Below, one piece after another: positions 36,545 through 49,812 of a stretch of DNA of 64,000 nucleotides (within the stretch, counting starts at the first letter, position 1; each line of letters opens with the position of its first letter). The translations under genes were made by a program, and so were the position numbers. The stretch covers positions 31,434,001-31,498,000 of the forward strand of contig NC_073404.1 in NCBI RefSeq assembly GCF_028641065.1, written 5' to 3'. The stretch comes from Leucoraja erinacea (taxonomy: Eukaryota). A model generated the notes under the pieces. That model did no database searches. It was given only the letters and a program-made list of their open reading frames with translations, and was not told the DNA's origin.

Positions 36545-38897
36545 GCATTTCTTGTTCCTACACTTTTCCTAGCAATAGAGGCCAGATTGAAATTATTTTT
36601 TCCTGACGAAATTTCTATTTTCTTTCAAATGTTTGCTGTGCCTGTGAAACGGCACCCTGAACATCAACTCATTATACCCATACACCAACATCAGGTTCTC
36701 AGCATTTATTTTTCCTACCAAAGCAAACAACACATTATGTGACACCTGCAAATTTGTCTCAGGCACTTTGCATCCATTTCTCAGCTCGTTTTCCCACTTA
36801 GCATCAGTGAAACTTGCAACATTTTATTGTATGTAGGTAAAAACATTTGCACAAATGGGAAATATTGACATTTTCCAGCTCTGAACTCCCAGCTGACAAC
36901 AGATAGGAAAGGATGCCACCAGCAAGAAGGAAAAAGTAAACTAGCAGGACTTCAATATCACACACAAGTTTAATTATTGTATTTTAACCCATACACAGAA
37001 GAAAGGTGAACTGAAATAGACCGTCATTTGTCTCAGCAATTTACAGCTATTCAAACTTATATTCCTCACTAGTTCAGAGTTTAATTGGAATCTGTTCATG
37101 TGTCTGAAGAGGAGTCTCGACCCGAAGCGTCACCCAATCCTTCTCTCCAGAGATGCTGCCTGTCCTGCTGAGTTACTCCAGCTTTGGGTCTATCTTCGAT
37201 TTAAACCAGCATCTGCAGTTCCTTCTTACACAGATACAACCTATATCGCAGCTTTCCTGCACCACTCTGACAATTTGGTGCCATGAGGTTGTAAGAGGCC
37301 AACTTTATTTTTGTCAATAAGCATGACCAATAAAAACATGCAAATTGAATGTCATTAACATCCAGGGGCCATTTTGATTCCTGCTCCTTACAGACCATTG
37401 CCTCTTTCTACTCGGGGAAAGTCCAGGACAATAATCTTATGGGTAAAGGCAGCTAATGAACAGAAGCAAACCTTAACACTTGTGGCAGCCACTCTTTAAT
37501 ACATCACCATTATAGCAAATCAAAGCTATGCAAAAGCTAACAGTTTAAATTGGAATATATTAATAATCACAAATGTAAACTCCAGTTGCCTATCAAGTTG
37601 CTTTGATGGTTGTCATTAAAGAATGCCCTTACCTGCGTACTCTTGAATAACAGAATTATGATACAATAGACCGTTACTTTGACCCACCAAGTCCATGATC
37701 ACCTGTTCAAATTAGATCCATGTTACTCTACTTTCTTATCCACTCCCTACACATTGGGGCAATTTTACAGAGGCCAATTAACCTCCAAACATACATGTCT
37801 TTGGCATATGGGAATAAATCAGAGCACCTGAAGCAAATCCACATGGTCACAGAAGGAACATGCAAATGCTACCCAGCATCTGAGGTCAGGATCAAATCAG
37901 TCATTGGCACCATGAGGTTGCACCTATACCAGCTGTGCTCTTTATACTGCAGGATGAAGCCTCATTCTACAACTGGCAGCACCAAAAATCCTTGCTGACT
38001 GCACAATTCATTAAAGATTTTAAACTAAAATTAGGAACCCTAACTGGGATCTTGCAGTAGATACTCTGATCCAATATGTAAATATAAAAGCTCCTTTGTT
38101 TCAACCAAGCTCCAACTGAAACTTCCTGTCAGGAAATGAGATGCATTTCAGTGCGTAGGTGCCAAATGCACTGCCTGCCCTCAGCACAAGTGTCGTGGGG
38201 GGGGGGGGGGGAACTTGTTTCTTCTATGCCACCCCACAACTTACGCCTCAATCCCATAAACCCACAATAACCAATTTTGAATGAACAATTAGTCTCCGCA
38301 TTCCTTTTGAGTACAGAATTTCAAAGGCACAATGGGATGTGGTGCAAGGTATACAGATCAAAATGTATCCAGGTTTAATACCACCTAATTGTAATTTTAA
38401 CAATCTCAGCTAGAAGTGTCTAATGCTATTGTACGCAATATTTTCAGTGCACTCATTGCTCACCATACTTGAACATATGACAATAAATTCAACTCGACAA
38501 CATCATGGCTGCACGGTAAAGAGAAGAAATATTCAATCGAGGTTTCTAACAAATTGCCCTGCTAGAAACATGCAGCCATGCCAGGTACATAGTCAGATTC
38601 CATCAAGCCGCACACAAAGTGGAACGAACACGCATCTGGCATTTAAGAATAAAACAGGAACAACACAAGAACGATTTCTTGATAGGTTTCACACTGCCAA
38701 GGTAACATTTGATATGCTTACTGGGACAACATTCCCTCTAATAGCCATACTCCAAATGGCAGTGGCTTGAACCTATTACTTGCATAGATGTTTTGATTCC
38801 CAATATAAATGGACACCAAGGTGAACAAAGTCTTGAGATTAAGTGTATTATAGCATATAATTTCCATTTGTGTGAAAACACTATTTAAAAATATTAC

Positions 38898-40610
38898 CTT
38901 TAGTGTGATACATAACAGCAGATTTCAGGTCAAATGACCCAAAGCTGTCTTTTCTGTCAAAGCCTCTGTGGTACCTTGGGTGTTCTTTGGCTGATGGCAC
39001 CAAAGCATTGGTAGAAGAGGCCTGTTGTGGTGTTTCTTTCCCAAAGTCTTTTGGGGCAAAACCTATTGCACTTTGGCTTGTAGCAGCCATCTTTTGCAGT
39101 TCACTAATATGTGGTTCCACAGACCGAGTCATGCTCTCAGCAGAAACACTAGCAGCCACTGTGGCAGTCTTCATGACATTGCCGAGAACCTGAGGGCTAG
39201 TCCGTTTGTCTAGTTCATAAGCCTTTGGAAACACAGGAATTTCAGATCCTGAAGACAGCAGTTCAGCACCCTGTGAAACCAAAGTGGCTGCACATTCAGC
39301 TTGAAATGTCAAATCCAGAGGTGGGTTGTCCACAGATTTTACAGATGCTAGCTCAGGTCCTGCACTTGGCTCATTAATAAAAGATAACCCCCATTGGTTC
39401 TGGAAAATATCCCCCAGGTTTTGTTGAGTTGTCTGTGATGGCAGATCCACCTGTGTTGTGCCAGGAAGCACCGATTGCATATTTGAAGGGTAGACAAAGA
39501 GACCCTGCTTTCTTTGTTCCATGGCCTCTGGGTCTATGCCGTCAGGAGACACAGATGTTTCACTCCCAGATGAGGCAGGCACTACAGTATTGGCAGCAAT
39601 AACTGTCTGAACTCCTGAAACACCAATATGCCCATCAGTAACTACTGAAGCCAAACCATTGGAAAAACTAGTTGAGGTGACAGTTTTCACAGCAGACATA
39701 GGAACATGTGACAAACGACCTGAAGCTTGTGTCTGAGTGTCCACAGCCAGAGACTGATTAGAGGATGATTTGTTGAGGTTCTCTTTAACTTTACTTGCAT
39801 AACTAATCTTGGGAACAATTTTTGCACTACTGTTGTCCACTGGGAAGACTGGAGGTGGTTTAAAGAGAGTCCAGGAATCTTCCTTTGAAGTCACAGATGC
39901 TGCCTTAGATTTCGGTTTCTCTTCATACTTCTTACCACCACTAGGCTTTCCATCGGAATTTTTTCGCTGAGTTTCACTGGCTCCCACCTTTCCACGGGTT
40001 CCAGCAGCATTAACGGGTGCAGGCTCATACCTGCCACTAGGTTTTGCATTTTCGACACGACTTGCTTTCTGCTCGGGTAACTCGAGCTTGGTGTTGTCAA
40101 GATCTAGTTTTGGGGTTGGTGAATTCCCCTCGCGTTGCATGATTTTGTCTTGAAACAAATTCAAGTTCTCAACACCTTTGTCACTATTCCTCCGACCTTT
40201 GCGTTTCTTCGGGGTAGTGTAACCACTCTCAGATCCACTACCATCATTGTCAGCTGAATTCTTGACAGAAAATCCATTTGTAATATACCCAGAGCTGCCA
40301 GATATAACACCATTGAGAAGTGACAATGCCTCCTTTTTCTCAATCAATCTGCTATCCCTGGATTTATTCTCAAAGACTTTGTCATTTTTTTTGTCCATAC
40401 TGTTTTTTTGATTATAATTCTTTGTTTTATTAACCACTCTGTTGTGTACAATAGTTTTTGTTGTGTGCCTGGGGTTGAAATTAGTGTCTAGAAATTGCTT
40501 CCTGCCGTTAACCGTGCTGGAAGAAATCAAGTTTAACTCTTCAATTTCCTGGCTTGCTGTAGATTCAAATTCGTCCTCTGATCCAGCATCACCATTTAAT
40601 TCTTCAAAAC
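38898..40610 (-). CDS. NUFIP2: NUFIP2 (nuclear FMR1-interacting protein 2) coding exon 2, 1713 nt
   Basis: ORF 38881-40530 has NUFIP2 signature blocks: SGSESGYTTPKKRK, EDSWTLFKPPPVFPVDNSSAKIVPKISYASKVKENLNK, LGDIFQNQWGLSFINEPSAGPE, FPKAYELDKRTSPQVL and GSFDL..A.MYHTK. The frame stays open upstream to the acceptor TTTTTTCTTCTTAG (exon starts 40610). The donor is AAG|GTAATA at 38898/38897. Confidence 0.97.
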
Positions 40611-41203
40611 CTAAGAAGAAAAAACAAAAATTAGACTTAAATACTTTTCAAGCAAATATACTAAACATATATTGCAGCGATGACAAGATTATCTGCCATG
40701 TGTTATGCATTCAGAACTACTGGCAAAGTAGCTAACCTCTGACATTATAATTTCTGGCCTACACCCAAGAAAATCATTGCTCAACTTTCCCCAACATAAA
40801 AAAGACAGAGCTATTCTGATTTTAACTATTCCACTCATTAACAATGTGCATTTTTGATTTTATGCTTTGTTTCAGTTACATTATTTGTAAGTTTTTTTTA
40901 AATCAACAATAATGTTCATGCTGCCTCACCCGCTGAGTTCCTCCAACATTGTGTCTACCTTAAATTTTTCCATCATCTGCAGTTCTTTCTTAAACAATTT
41001 AATTGTTGGCACTATAAAGGCTATCTCGATTCCAGTAAATGGATTCTACATGTTTCTATCAAAACATGTTTCTAAACCAAATAATTCACTCGGTAAATAT
41101 AAGTAACACTATTTTCAAAGATTTAAATTACAGTAGCATTCCACTAAGTAACACCAAAAATCAAATTCTCCGTCAATATTTGAATACCAAGTTGTATAAA
41201 TTG

Positions 41204-41455
41204 AGCGGCACAGCGGTAGAGTTGCTGCCTTGCAGTTACAGAGGCCCGGGTTCGATCCTGACTACGGGTGCTGTCTGTACGGAGTTTTACGTTCTCCACG
41301 TGACTGCGTGGGTTTCCTCCAGAAGTTCCCACACTCCAAAGACGTACAGGCTTTTAGGTTAATTGGCTTGGTATAAGTGTAAATTGTCCCTAGTGTGTGT
41401 AGGACAGTGTTATTGTGCGGGGATCACTGGTTCTATGCTGTATCTCTAAACTAAA
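41204..41455 (+). mobile_element. V-SINE copy (NUFIP2 intron 1)
   Basis: GGGTTCGATCCTGACTACGGGTGCTGTCTGTACGGAGTTT body and CTAAACTAAA tail. Confidence 0.85.
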
Positions 41456-44400
41456 TGCTCTTTCATTATAAAACTTTGTGTGCAGAAGTAGGTGTTAAGA
41501 GTTTCACAGGGAGGTAATCCGGGAACAACAGCAGAGTGTGAAAAACATAAATTGGGCTAAATACTGAAAAGATTTAATGCATGGCAACACAGGGATCATG
41601 TACAATGAGAAGAACCAGAGAAAAAACATGAACTATGCCACAAGATGAATGCTTCCCAACAAAAGATCCCCAATCAAGTAATCAAAGTGACCCGACATCA
41701 GGTGCCATTTGTGAAGTCTGCAAATCCTCTCTGCAACTGACAATAGACAATACGAGTAGGCCATTTGAGCCAGCACCATTATTCAATGTGATTATGGCTG
41801 AGCATCCCCAATCAGTACCCCGTTTCTGCCTTCTGCATGGGTTCCCCTCCCACACTGAACGATTTGCCACTGTGAAATACCTGTGTAGGCGAGTGAAAGA
41901 ACCTGGGAATTGGTTGAGAATGTGGGGTGAATAAAAAGTACTGGCATAAGGTAGGATTAGTATAAATAGGTAGCTGATGGTAATGTGGACTTGGCATGCC
42001 ATAGGGTCCACTTCATGTGCTGTATCTCCCCAACACAATTTAGTGACAGGAAATCAATAACCATTCATGTTAGTTCTGTTCTGAAAAATTAAAACATTGA
42101 AGAGGCACAGAGCAGAATTATTAATAGTTTATTTGCACAAATGTTACCCAGCATATTGAACATTTCCAATACTTTTATTTCAGATTTCCTGCATCTGCAG
42201 TTTAAAATATATATATTTTTAAAGTTCCTCCTTCAGAAACAAAATCATGGTGCTCGTTACACAAGATCATTCCAATCTTCCTACTGTCAACTTCTTCCAA
42301 CATCTATCTTGCTCAAAGCTTGTTTTACGGCATGAACTTAAATTAGTTTTGAATAGATACAGCAGCTTAAAGCTACGCATTTCATAACTATGGAGATGTT
42401 CAGGACATTTTTTTTCAAGATTGGCCTCTTGTTGGAGTTATCGCGACCAGAATTTCAGAGGTACAACAACTCCTGGCTCAAGTCTAAGCAGCCAATTCAA
42501 AGTTAGAGGAAACCCAAGTTAGAACCATGATAGAGATTTGCAACATTGGCTCATCTTTTAAGTTCATTAAACCTTCACATTTGTATGGAAACTGCAACAT
42601 TTTATTTTAGCTGCAAATCAAGAACATTACAGACCAGGTTATTTTGGTTTTACCGTAGATTTTTAATTAACACCTAGACCCATTGACTCAATAAGATTAA
42701 GATTGCCAATCAGAAGATTTGGATTTAAACAGAGCTAATTTTCTGAGTTAATAATTTAGTACAGCAGTGATGTGCTGTATTAATTAGGCATAGATCTCCT
42801 TTGCGACATTATGCACAAAAGCTGTTTGGAAAGAAATAACTGGCTACGAAGCCAAAGGGCATTTGACAAAACTAATACATAAAACAACTGTTCTAATTGT
42901 TTGTATTAATATAAATTGTTTAGCTGTCAAAAACATTATTCATCCTTTAAGCACTCAAAATTGTACGTTATTGGACATCTTAAAGAAAGAAAATGTGATC
43001 AAGTACTGACAAGTCCAGCTTTTATTAGCAAGCTATAAAAATGTAAACTACAAATTTGCACAGGATGGTGCAGGGTATTACCATATCTGTTTACCTACTA
43101 GATGAATGTATGATGGTTTAAATATGCTTTAATTGCAAAATCTGAAAAGACTTGGACTAGCATTGTTGCTTACACTCATGGAAAGTTCCATTAAGGTTTT
43201 GCACTAGATGAAAGCAGAGACAAAAAAAGTTCTATCTATGGAGAGAAAAGTCTACAGATGCTGGAATCTGGAACAAAGATGGCTGGAGGAACTGAATGAA
43301 TCAGGCAACATCTGTTAAGGGAAATAGACATTCAACGTTTCGGGTCGAGACCACACGGAGTAGGCGGGGGAAGCAGCAGGGTGAGAGGATGAAGGTATTA
43401 GCGGAAATACCTCATGCACTCTCATCCTGCTTCTTCCCTACCTACAGTACCCCATCACCCACACACTCCTCCCATTGGGTTCCTCCCCCCTACTGTTCCA
43501 ATTTGCCCACACCATCTCATTTAGTTCCATCACTTTCTTTCTCCAGATTGCATCATCTGCAGACCCTGGTTATCACCACCTATCACATCCCAGCCTCTAG
43601 AGTACAATGAATGAAAACCCGGAATAGACTGACCAACATACAGGATTAACGGTGGCTCACTTTTTCAAGTCAGCAATTGCACCAGAACCTCTAGGCAAAA
43701 CTGGTTCTCCACAAATGAGTAACAAAGGCAGGAAATTAATATCAATACAGACAACATCTAACCTCTAAAGTTAAGTGGCAAGTTTAATGTAGTTTATGCT
43801 TGGCTTGACTCAACAGTTCAACCACTGCAAATTTGCCAGAAATCATGACTATCATGATATGTGTTTTATTCAACTATTTCTAAAATTTGCTTAGAATGAT
43901 TTTCGGTAAAAAAGCAAGTGTATCAGTTAAAGTTAGAATGGTTCTAAATAATTCTCAAAGCAACAACTAACCTTTAGCACTAAATTTAATCGCAATGATT
44001 AAAAATGCATCAAAAATAAATGCCTTGGTAGATTTGCTATTCAGACACAAAGCCACTTTCCCCAAGCTTAGATCTGTCTATCAAACTGTTCCAATGTACA
44101 TCATCTAGTATCAGGAAATTAGTTTGACACTCCTTCTTAAACATTATATGCAGTACTTCTGGTGTGAAGGAAGGAACTGCAGATGCTGATTTAACCTAAA
44201 GGTAGGCACAAAGTACTGGAGTAACTCAGGCAGCATCTCGGGAGAGAAGGAATGGGTAAAGTTTCAGGTCGAGACCCTTCTTCAGACTCCCAATGTTTTT
44301 TGCAGCTTAGTCTTTTAATTGCATGATGTACCTGCAAACCAACTCTGATTCTTCAGACCTTCTTATACTGCATATAACGCTGCTCTTATCGAAGGACATG

Positions 44401-44683
44401 GCTTGCAGATGCTGAACATGTCTAACGGATGAACGAGTATGATTCATACAGAAGGAGAACTCTACAGCAAAAACACTAGTGTAATTAAAAAAGTTTCATA
44501 GAATGCATCATTTTGACGGGACATAACCAAATGGATGCCAAGTGGTTGTTTCCTTGACTAAAGAGTCAAGAACTCACATCAAAGTCCCAAGATTTGATGT
44601 GGATGGAAAGAAGAGAGCATTTAGAACTGAGGCCAAAGGATTTCTTCATGGGTAAGGATAATTTCACAAAGTGTCTACCGCAG

Positions 44684-44896
44684 AACCAGCCAATTTCCAT
44701 CTACCAATACTCTCCTCTGGCCAGCAGAGCTGGTCCTTACCCTCAACAACTTGTCCGTCGGCTCATCCCACATCCTCCAAATCCAAGGCGTAGCTATAGG
44801 CACTCGCATGGGGCCCCAGCTATGCCTGCCTCTTTGTAGGGTACACCGAACAATCCTGATCCAGGCATACACTGGCCCTCCTCTACATTGACAATT
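44684..44896 (+). mobile_element. Penelope-like RT, 5' part (motif B' up to the catalytic motif)
   Basis: Reads ELVLTLNN...LQIQGVAIGTRMG/PSYACLFVGY...LYID with frameshifts and continues at 47933. Confidence 0.8.
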
Positions 44897-47800
44897 AGAC
44901 AATAGGTGCAGGAGTAGGCCATTCGGCCCTACGAGCCAGCACCGCCATTCAATGTGATCATGGCTGATCATCCCCAATCAGTACCCCGTTCCTGCCTTCT
45001 CCCCATATCTCCCGCCTCCGCTATCTTTAAGAGCCCTGTCTAGCTCTCTTGAAAGTATCCAGAGAACCGGCCTCCACCGAGGCAGAGAATTCCATACTCA
45101 CACAATTGTGAGAAAAAGTGTTTCCTCGTCTCCGTTCCAAATGGCTTACCCCTGATTCTTAAACTATGGCCCCTGGTTCTGGACTCCCCCAACATCGGGA
45201 ACATGTTTCCTGCCTCTAGCATGTCCAAACCCTTAACAATCTTATACGTTTCAATAAGATCACCTCTCATCCTTCTAAACTCCAGAGTGTACAAGCCCAG
45301 CCGCTCCATTCTCTCAGCATATGACAGTCCCGCTATCCCGGGAATTAACCTTGTAAACCTACGCTGTACTCCCTCAATAGCAAGAATATCCTTCCTCAAA
45401 TTAGGGGATCAAAACTGCACACAATACTCCAGGTGTGGTCTCACTAGGGCTCTGTACAACTGCAGAAGGACCACTTTGCTCCTATACTCGACTCCTCGTT
45501 ATAAAGGCCAACATGCCATTCGCTTTCTTCAGTGCCTGCTGTACCTGCATGCTTACTTTCATAGACTGATGAACAAGGACCCCCAGATCCCGTTGTACTT
45601 CCCCTTTTCCCAACTTGACGCCATTTAGATAGTAATCTGCCTTCCTGTTTTTGATACCATAGTGGATAACCTCACATTTATCCACATTAAACTTCATCTG
45701 CTGTGCATCTGCCCACTCCCCCAACCTATCTAAGTCACCCTGCATTCTCATGGCATCCTCCTCACAGTTCACACTGCCGCCCAGCTTTGTACCATCTGCA
45801 AATTTGCTAATGTTACTCTGAATCCCTTCATCCAAATCATTGCTGTATATTGTAAATAGCTGCATTCCCAGCACCGAGCCTTGCGGTACCCCACTAGTCA
45901 CTGCCTGCCATTCTGAAAGGGACCCGTTAATCCCCACTCTTTGTTTCCTGTCTACCAACCAATTTTCTATTCATGTCAGTACTCTACCCCCAATACCATG
46001 TGCCCTAATTTTGCCCACTAATCTCCTATGTGGGACCTTATCAAATGCTTTCTGAAAGTCCAGGTACACTACATCCACTGACTCTCCCTTGTCCATTTTC
46101 CTAGTTACATCCTCAAAAAATTCCAGAAGGTTAGTCAAGCATGACTTCCCCTTCGTAAATCCACGCTGACTCGGACCGATCCTGTTACTGCTATCCAAAT
46201 GTGCGGCTATTTTATAATTGACCAGCATCTTCCCCACCACTGATGTCAGGCTAACTGGGCTATAATTCCCTGCTTTCTCTCTCTCTCCTGCCTTTCTTAA
46301 AAAGTAGGCTAATATTAGCTATCCTCCAATCCACAGGAACTGATCCCGAGTCTATAGAATATTTGAAAATTATCACCAATGCTTTCACGATTTCTAGAGC
46401 CACTTCCTTAAGTACCCTGGGATGCAGACCATCAGGCCCTGGGGATTTATCAGCCTTCAGTCCCATCAGTCTAACCAACACCATTTCCTGCCTAGTGTGG
46501 ATTTCCTGCAGTTCCTCCATCACCCCAGATCCTCTGGCCACTATGTCAGGAAGATTGCTCGTGTCCTCCTTAGTGAAGACAGATCCAAAGTGCCTGTTCA
46601 ACTCATCAGCCATTTCCTTGCTCCCCCTAATAAATTCACCTTTTCTCGGTCTTCAAGGGTCCAACTTTGGTCTTAACTAATTTTTTCCTCGTCACATACC
46701 TAAAGAAGCTTTTACTATCCTCCATCATATTTTTGGCTAGCTTACCTTCGCACCTCATCTTTTCTCCCCATATTGTCTTTTTAGTTATCTTCTGTTGTTC
46801 TTTAAACATTACCCAATCCCCTTGCTTCCCGCTCATCTTTGCTATGTTGTACTTCTTCTCTTTTATTTTTATACTGTCCCTGACGTCCCTCATCAGCCAC
46901 GGTCACCCCTTACTCCCCTTAGAATCTTTCTTCCTCCTAGGAATGAACTGATCCTGCACCTTCTGTATTATTCCTAGAAATACCTGCCATTGTTGTTCCA
47001 CTGTCATCCCTGCTAGAGTATATTTCCATTCAACTTTGTCCAGCTCCTCCCTCATGGCCCCTTAGTCCCCTATATTCAACTGCAACACTGTCACCTCCTC
47101 CTCCCTCTCCAATTGTAGATTAAACCTGACCATATTATGTTCACTACCTCCTAATGGCTCATTAACCTCAAGTTCCTTTATCAAATCCGGTTCATTACAT
47201 AACACTAAATCCAGAATTGCCTTCTCCCTGGAAGGCTCCAATACAAGCTGCTCTAAGATTCCATCACAAAGGCACTATACAAAGTCCCTTTCTTGGGGTC
47301 CAGTACCAACCTGAGTCTTCCAGTGTACCTGCATGTTGAAATCTCCCATTACAACCACAGCATTACCTTTGCTACATGCCAATTTTAACTCCCGATTCAA
47401 CTTGCACCCTATGTCCAGGCTACTGTTTGGGGGCCTGTAGATAAGTCCAATAAGGGTCTTTTTACCCTTACAATTCCTTAGTTCTACCCATACTGACTCC
47501 ACATCTCCCATTTCAATGTCACCCCTTGCAAGGGACTGAATTTCATTCCGGACTAACAGAGCTACCCCACCCCCTCTGCCCACCTGTGTCTTTTCGATAG
47601 GAAGTATACCCTTGAATATTCAGTTCCCAGCCCTGACCCTCTTGCAGCCATGTCTCTGTAATTCCCACAACAGCATACTTGCCAATTTCTAACTGAGCCT
47701 CAAGCTCGCCCACTTTATTTCTTATACTTCGCGCATTCATATACAGCACTTTGACCTCCGTATTCACGTTCCCCCTCGCAATTGGTCCCGACCTTCCTCC

Positions 47801-47932
47801 TTTATCCCTTCGCGAACTTTCCTTCCCATTAATTCGAGAATCTTTTGTAATTTTTCCTGTAGTCATTTCCCCTTCAACTCCATCTTTACACACTCAATTT
47901 GTCAATCCCTCCCCCCACTATTTAGTTTATTT
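44897..47932 (-). mobile_element. CR1-clade LINE, near-complete ORF2 (APE endonuclease plus RT), frameshifted
   Basis: KVLYMNARSIRNK, VVGITETWL and VMGDFN (APE); KSPGPDGLHPRVLKE, VYLDFQKAFDKVPH, SGVPQGSVLG and SKFADGTKL (RT); 3' tail CTATTGTCTA. Confidence 0.95.
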
Positions 47933-49145
47933 AATTGGATTGGTGCTACCTCCTGCACCCATGCAGAACTCACTGACTTCATCAACTTCACCACTAATTT
48001 CCATCCTGCAAGCAAATTGACTTGGGCCATCTCCGACATCTCCCTACCATTTCTAGATCTCACTGTCTCCATTACAGGAAACAGACTATTGACCGACATC
48101 TACTACAAACCTACTGACTCCCATAGCTATCTTGACTACATTTCTTCCCACCCTGCTTCCTGTAAAGACTATCCCCTACTCCCAATTCCTCCGCCTACAC
48201 CGCATCTGCACCCAGGATGAGGTGTTCCATACCAGGGCATCGGAGATGTTCTCATTCTTTAGGGGTTCCCCTCTTCCATTATATAGGAGGATCTCACTAG
48301 GGTCTCCTCGATATCCCGCAGCTCCGCTATTGCTCCCCCTACCCCCCCATTCGTAATAAGGACAGAGTCCCCTTGTCCTTACCTGCCACCCCAACAGCCG
48401 TCGCATACAGCATATAATCCTCCAATATTTTTGCCACCTCCAACGGGATCCCACAACTGGCCACATCTTCCCATCTCCACCCCTTTCTGCTTTCCGCAGA
48501 GACCTTTCCCTCCGAAACTCCCTGGTCAACTTGTCTCTTCCCACGCAAACCACCCCCTTCCCAGGTACTTTCCCCTGCAACCTGTGCCTTTACCTCCCCC
48601 CCCCTCGACTCCATCCAAGGACCCAAACCCTCTTTCCAGATGAGGCAGACTTGCACCTCCTCCAACCTCATCTATTGTATCCGCTGCTCCAGATGTTAAC
48701 TTCTCTACATCTGCAAGACCAAGCGCAGGATCTGCGATAGTTTTGCTGAACACCTCCGCTCAGTCCACCTTAACCTACCTGATCTCCCGGTGGCTCAGCA
48801 CTTCAACTCCTCTCCCATTCCCAAGCTGACCTTTGGAATTGGAGGAACAGCACCTCACATTTCACTTGTGTAGCTTACACCCCAGTGGAATGAACATTGA
48901 CTTCTCTAACTTCAGATAGCCCTTGCTTTCTCTCTCCATCCCCTCCGCCTTCCTAGTTCTCCCACTTATTGTCTCAGACTACATTCGATCTTTGTCCTGC
49001 TCCCTCCCCTGACATCAGTCTGAAGGGTCTCGACCCGAAATGTCACCCATTCCTTCTCTCCAGAGATGCTGCCTGACCCACTGAGTTACTCCAGCATTTT
49101 GTGTCTACCTTAGATTTAAACTAGCATCTGCAGTTCTTTCCCACA
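47933..49145 (+). mobile_element. Penelope-like element, RT thumb plus GIY-YIG plus terminal repeat, degraded
   Basis: LPFLDLTVSITGNRLLTDIYYKPTDSHSYLDYISSHP and IPYSQFLRLHRIC (PLE RT C-terminus), then the GIY-YIG region and the terminal repeat at ~49015-49145. Confidence 0.92.
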
Positions 49146-49704
49146 CAAGAGACCACGAATGCTCAGTTGTTAAATATATTTAAAATGCTATCAGGTATTT
49201 TGTGAATCGCATGGATATGAAGTTTGGGCAGAAAATCCAGAACTGACATAAAGAACTTCCATGATCTCAAATGGCAGAACAGGCTTGAGGGGGAAGCGAC
49301 ATGCTCAAACTCAGAGTTCTTAAATGAAACTCAATTATATTCACCAATATCTGAAGAGGAGTTACCAGAAGCATTGGTTAAATGCTAAAGTACACACATA
49401 GTTGAATGTTTTAGTTTGGATTGAATTTTTGATTAAAGGAATCAAACAGGAATTTATTTTGTTGTTATAACATTTTCCACAGCATCCAATCCCTTAAAAA
49501 AAAAAGGCTACGAACCACCAAATGATATGAGCGCTTCAATACCAGTCTTGTTATTTTCTCCCAGTCACCATTCATAGATTAAAAAACTCAGGCATTCACT
49601 GCCAGCCCCAGTCTCAGCAATAAGCCAATCATCACATTTGATGGGTTTAAGCGTTTAGACTAGCTTTGATGGGCGCATTGCTTGGCATGGACAATTTGGG
49701 GTTA

Positions 49705-49812
49705 AGGGCCTGTCCCACTGTACGAGGTAATTCAAGAGTTCTCCCGAGTTTCCCCTGATTCGAACTCAGAGAATTACAGTAATAGCCGCTCGTAGGTACT
49801 CGGGGCTCTCGT
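49705..49812. mobile_element. Truncated Harbinger-type MITE (left TIR only)
   Basis: TTA|AGGGCCTGTCCCACT is the same terminus as at 9728 and 10675. No right TIR was seen. Confidence 0.65.

Noticed and set aside
38881-38897. ORF-track C-terminus GNIFK* and TTG start at 40530 as a single-exon 549-aa gene
   Set aside because: This is read-through past the exon 2 donor. Conserved exons 1, 3 and 4 with matching phases give the real termini.
45040-47893. Active LINE ORF2 or domesticated RT gene
   Set aside because: It is broken into many frames by indels and stops, and the catalytic motif reads FADG instead of FADD.
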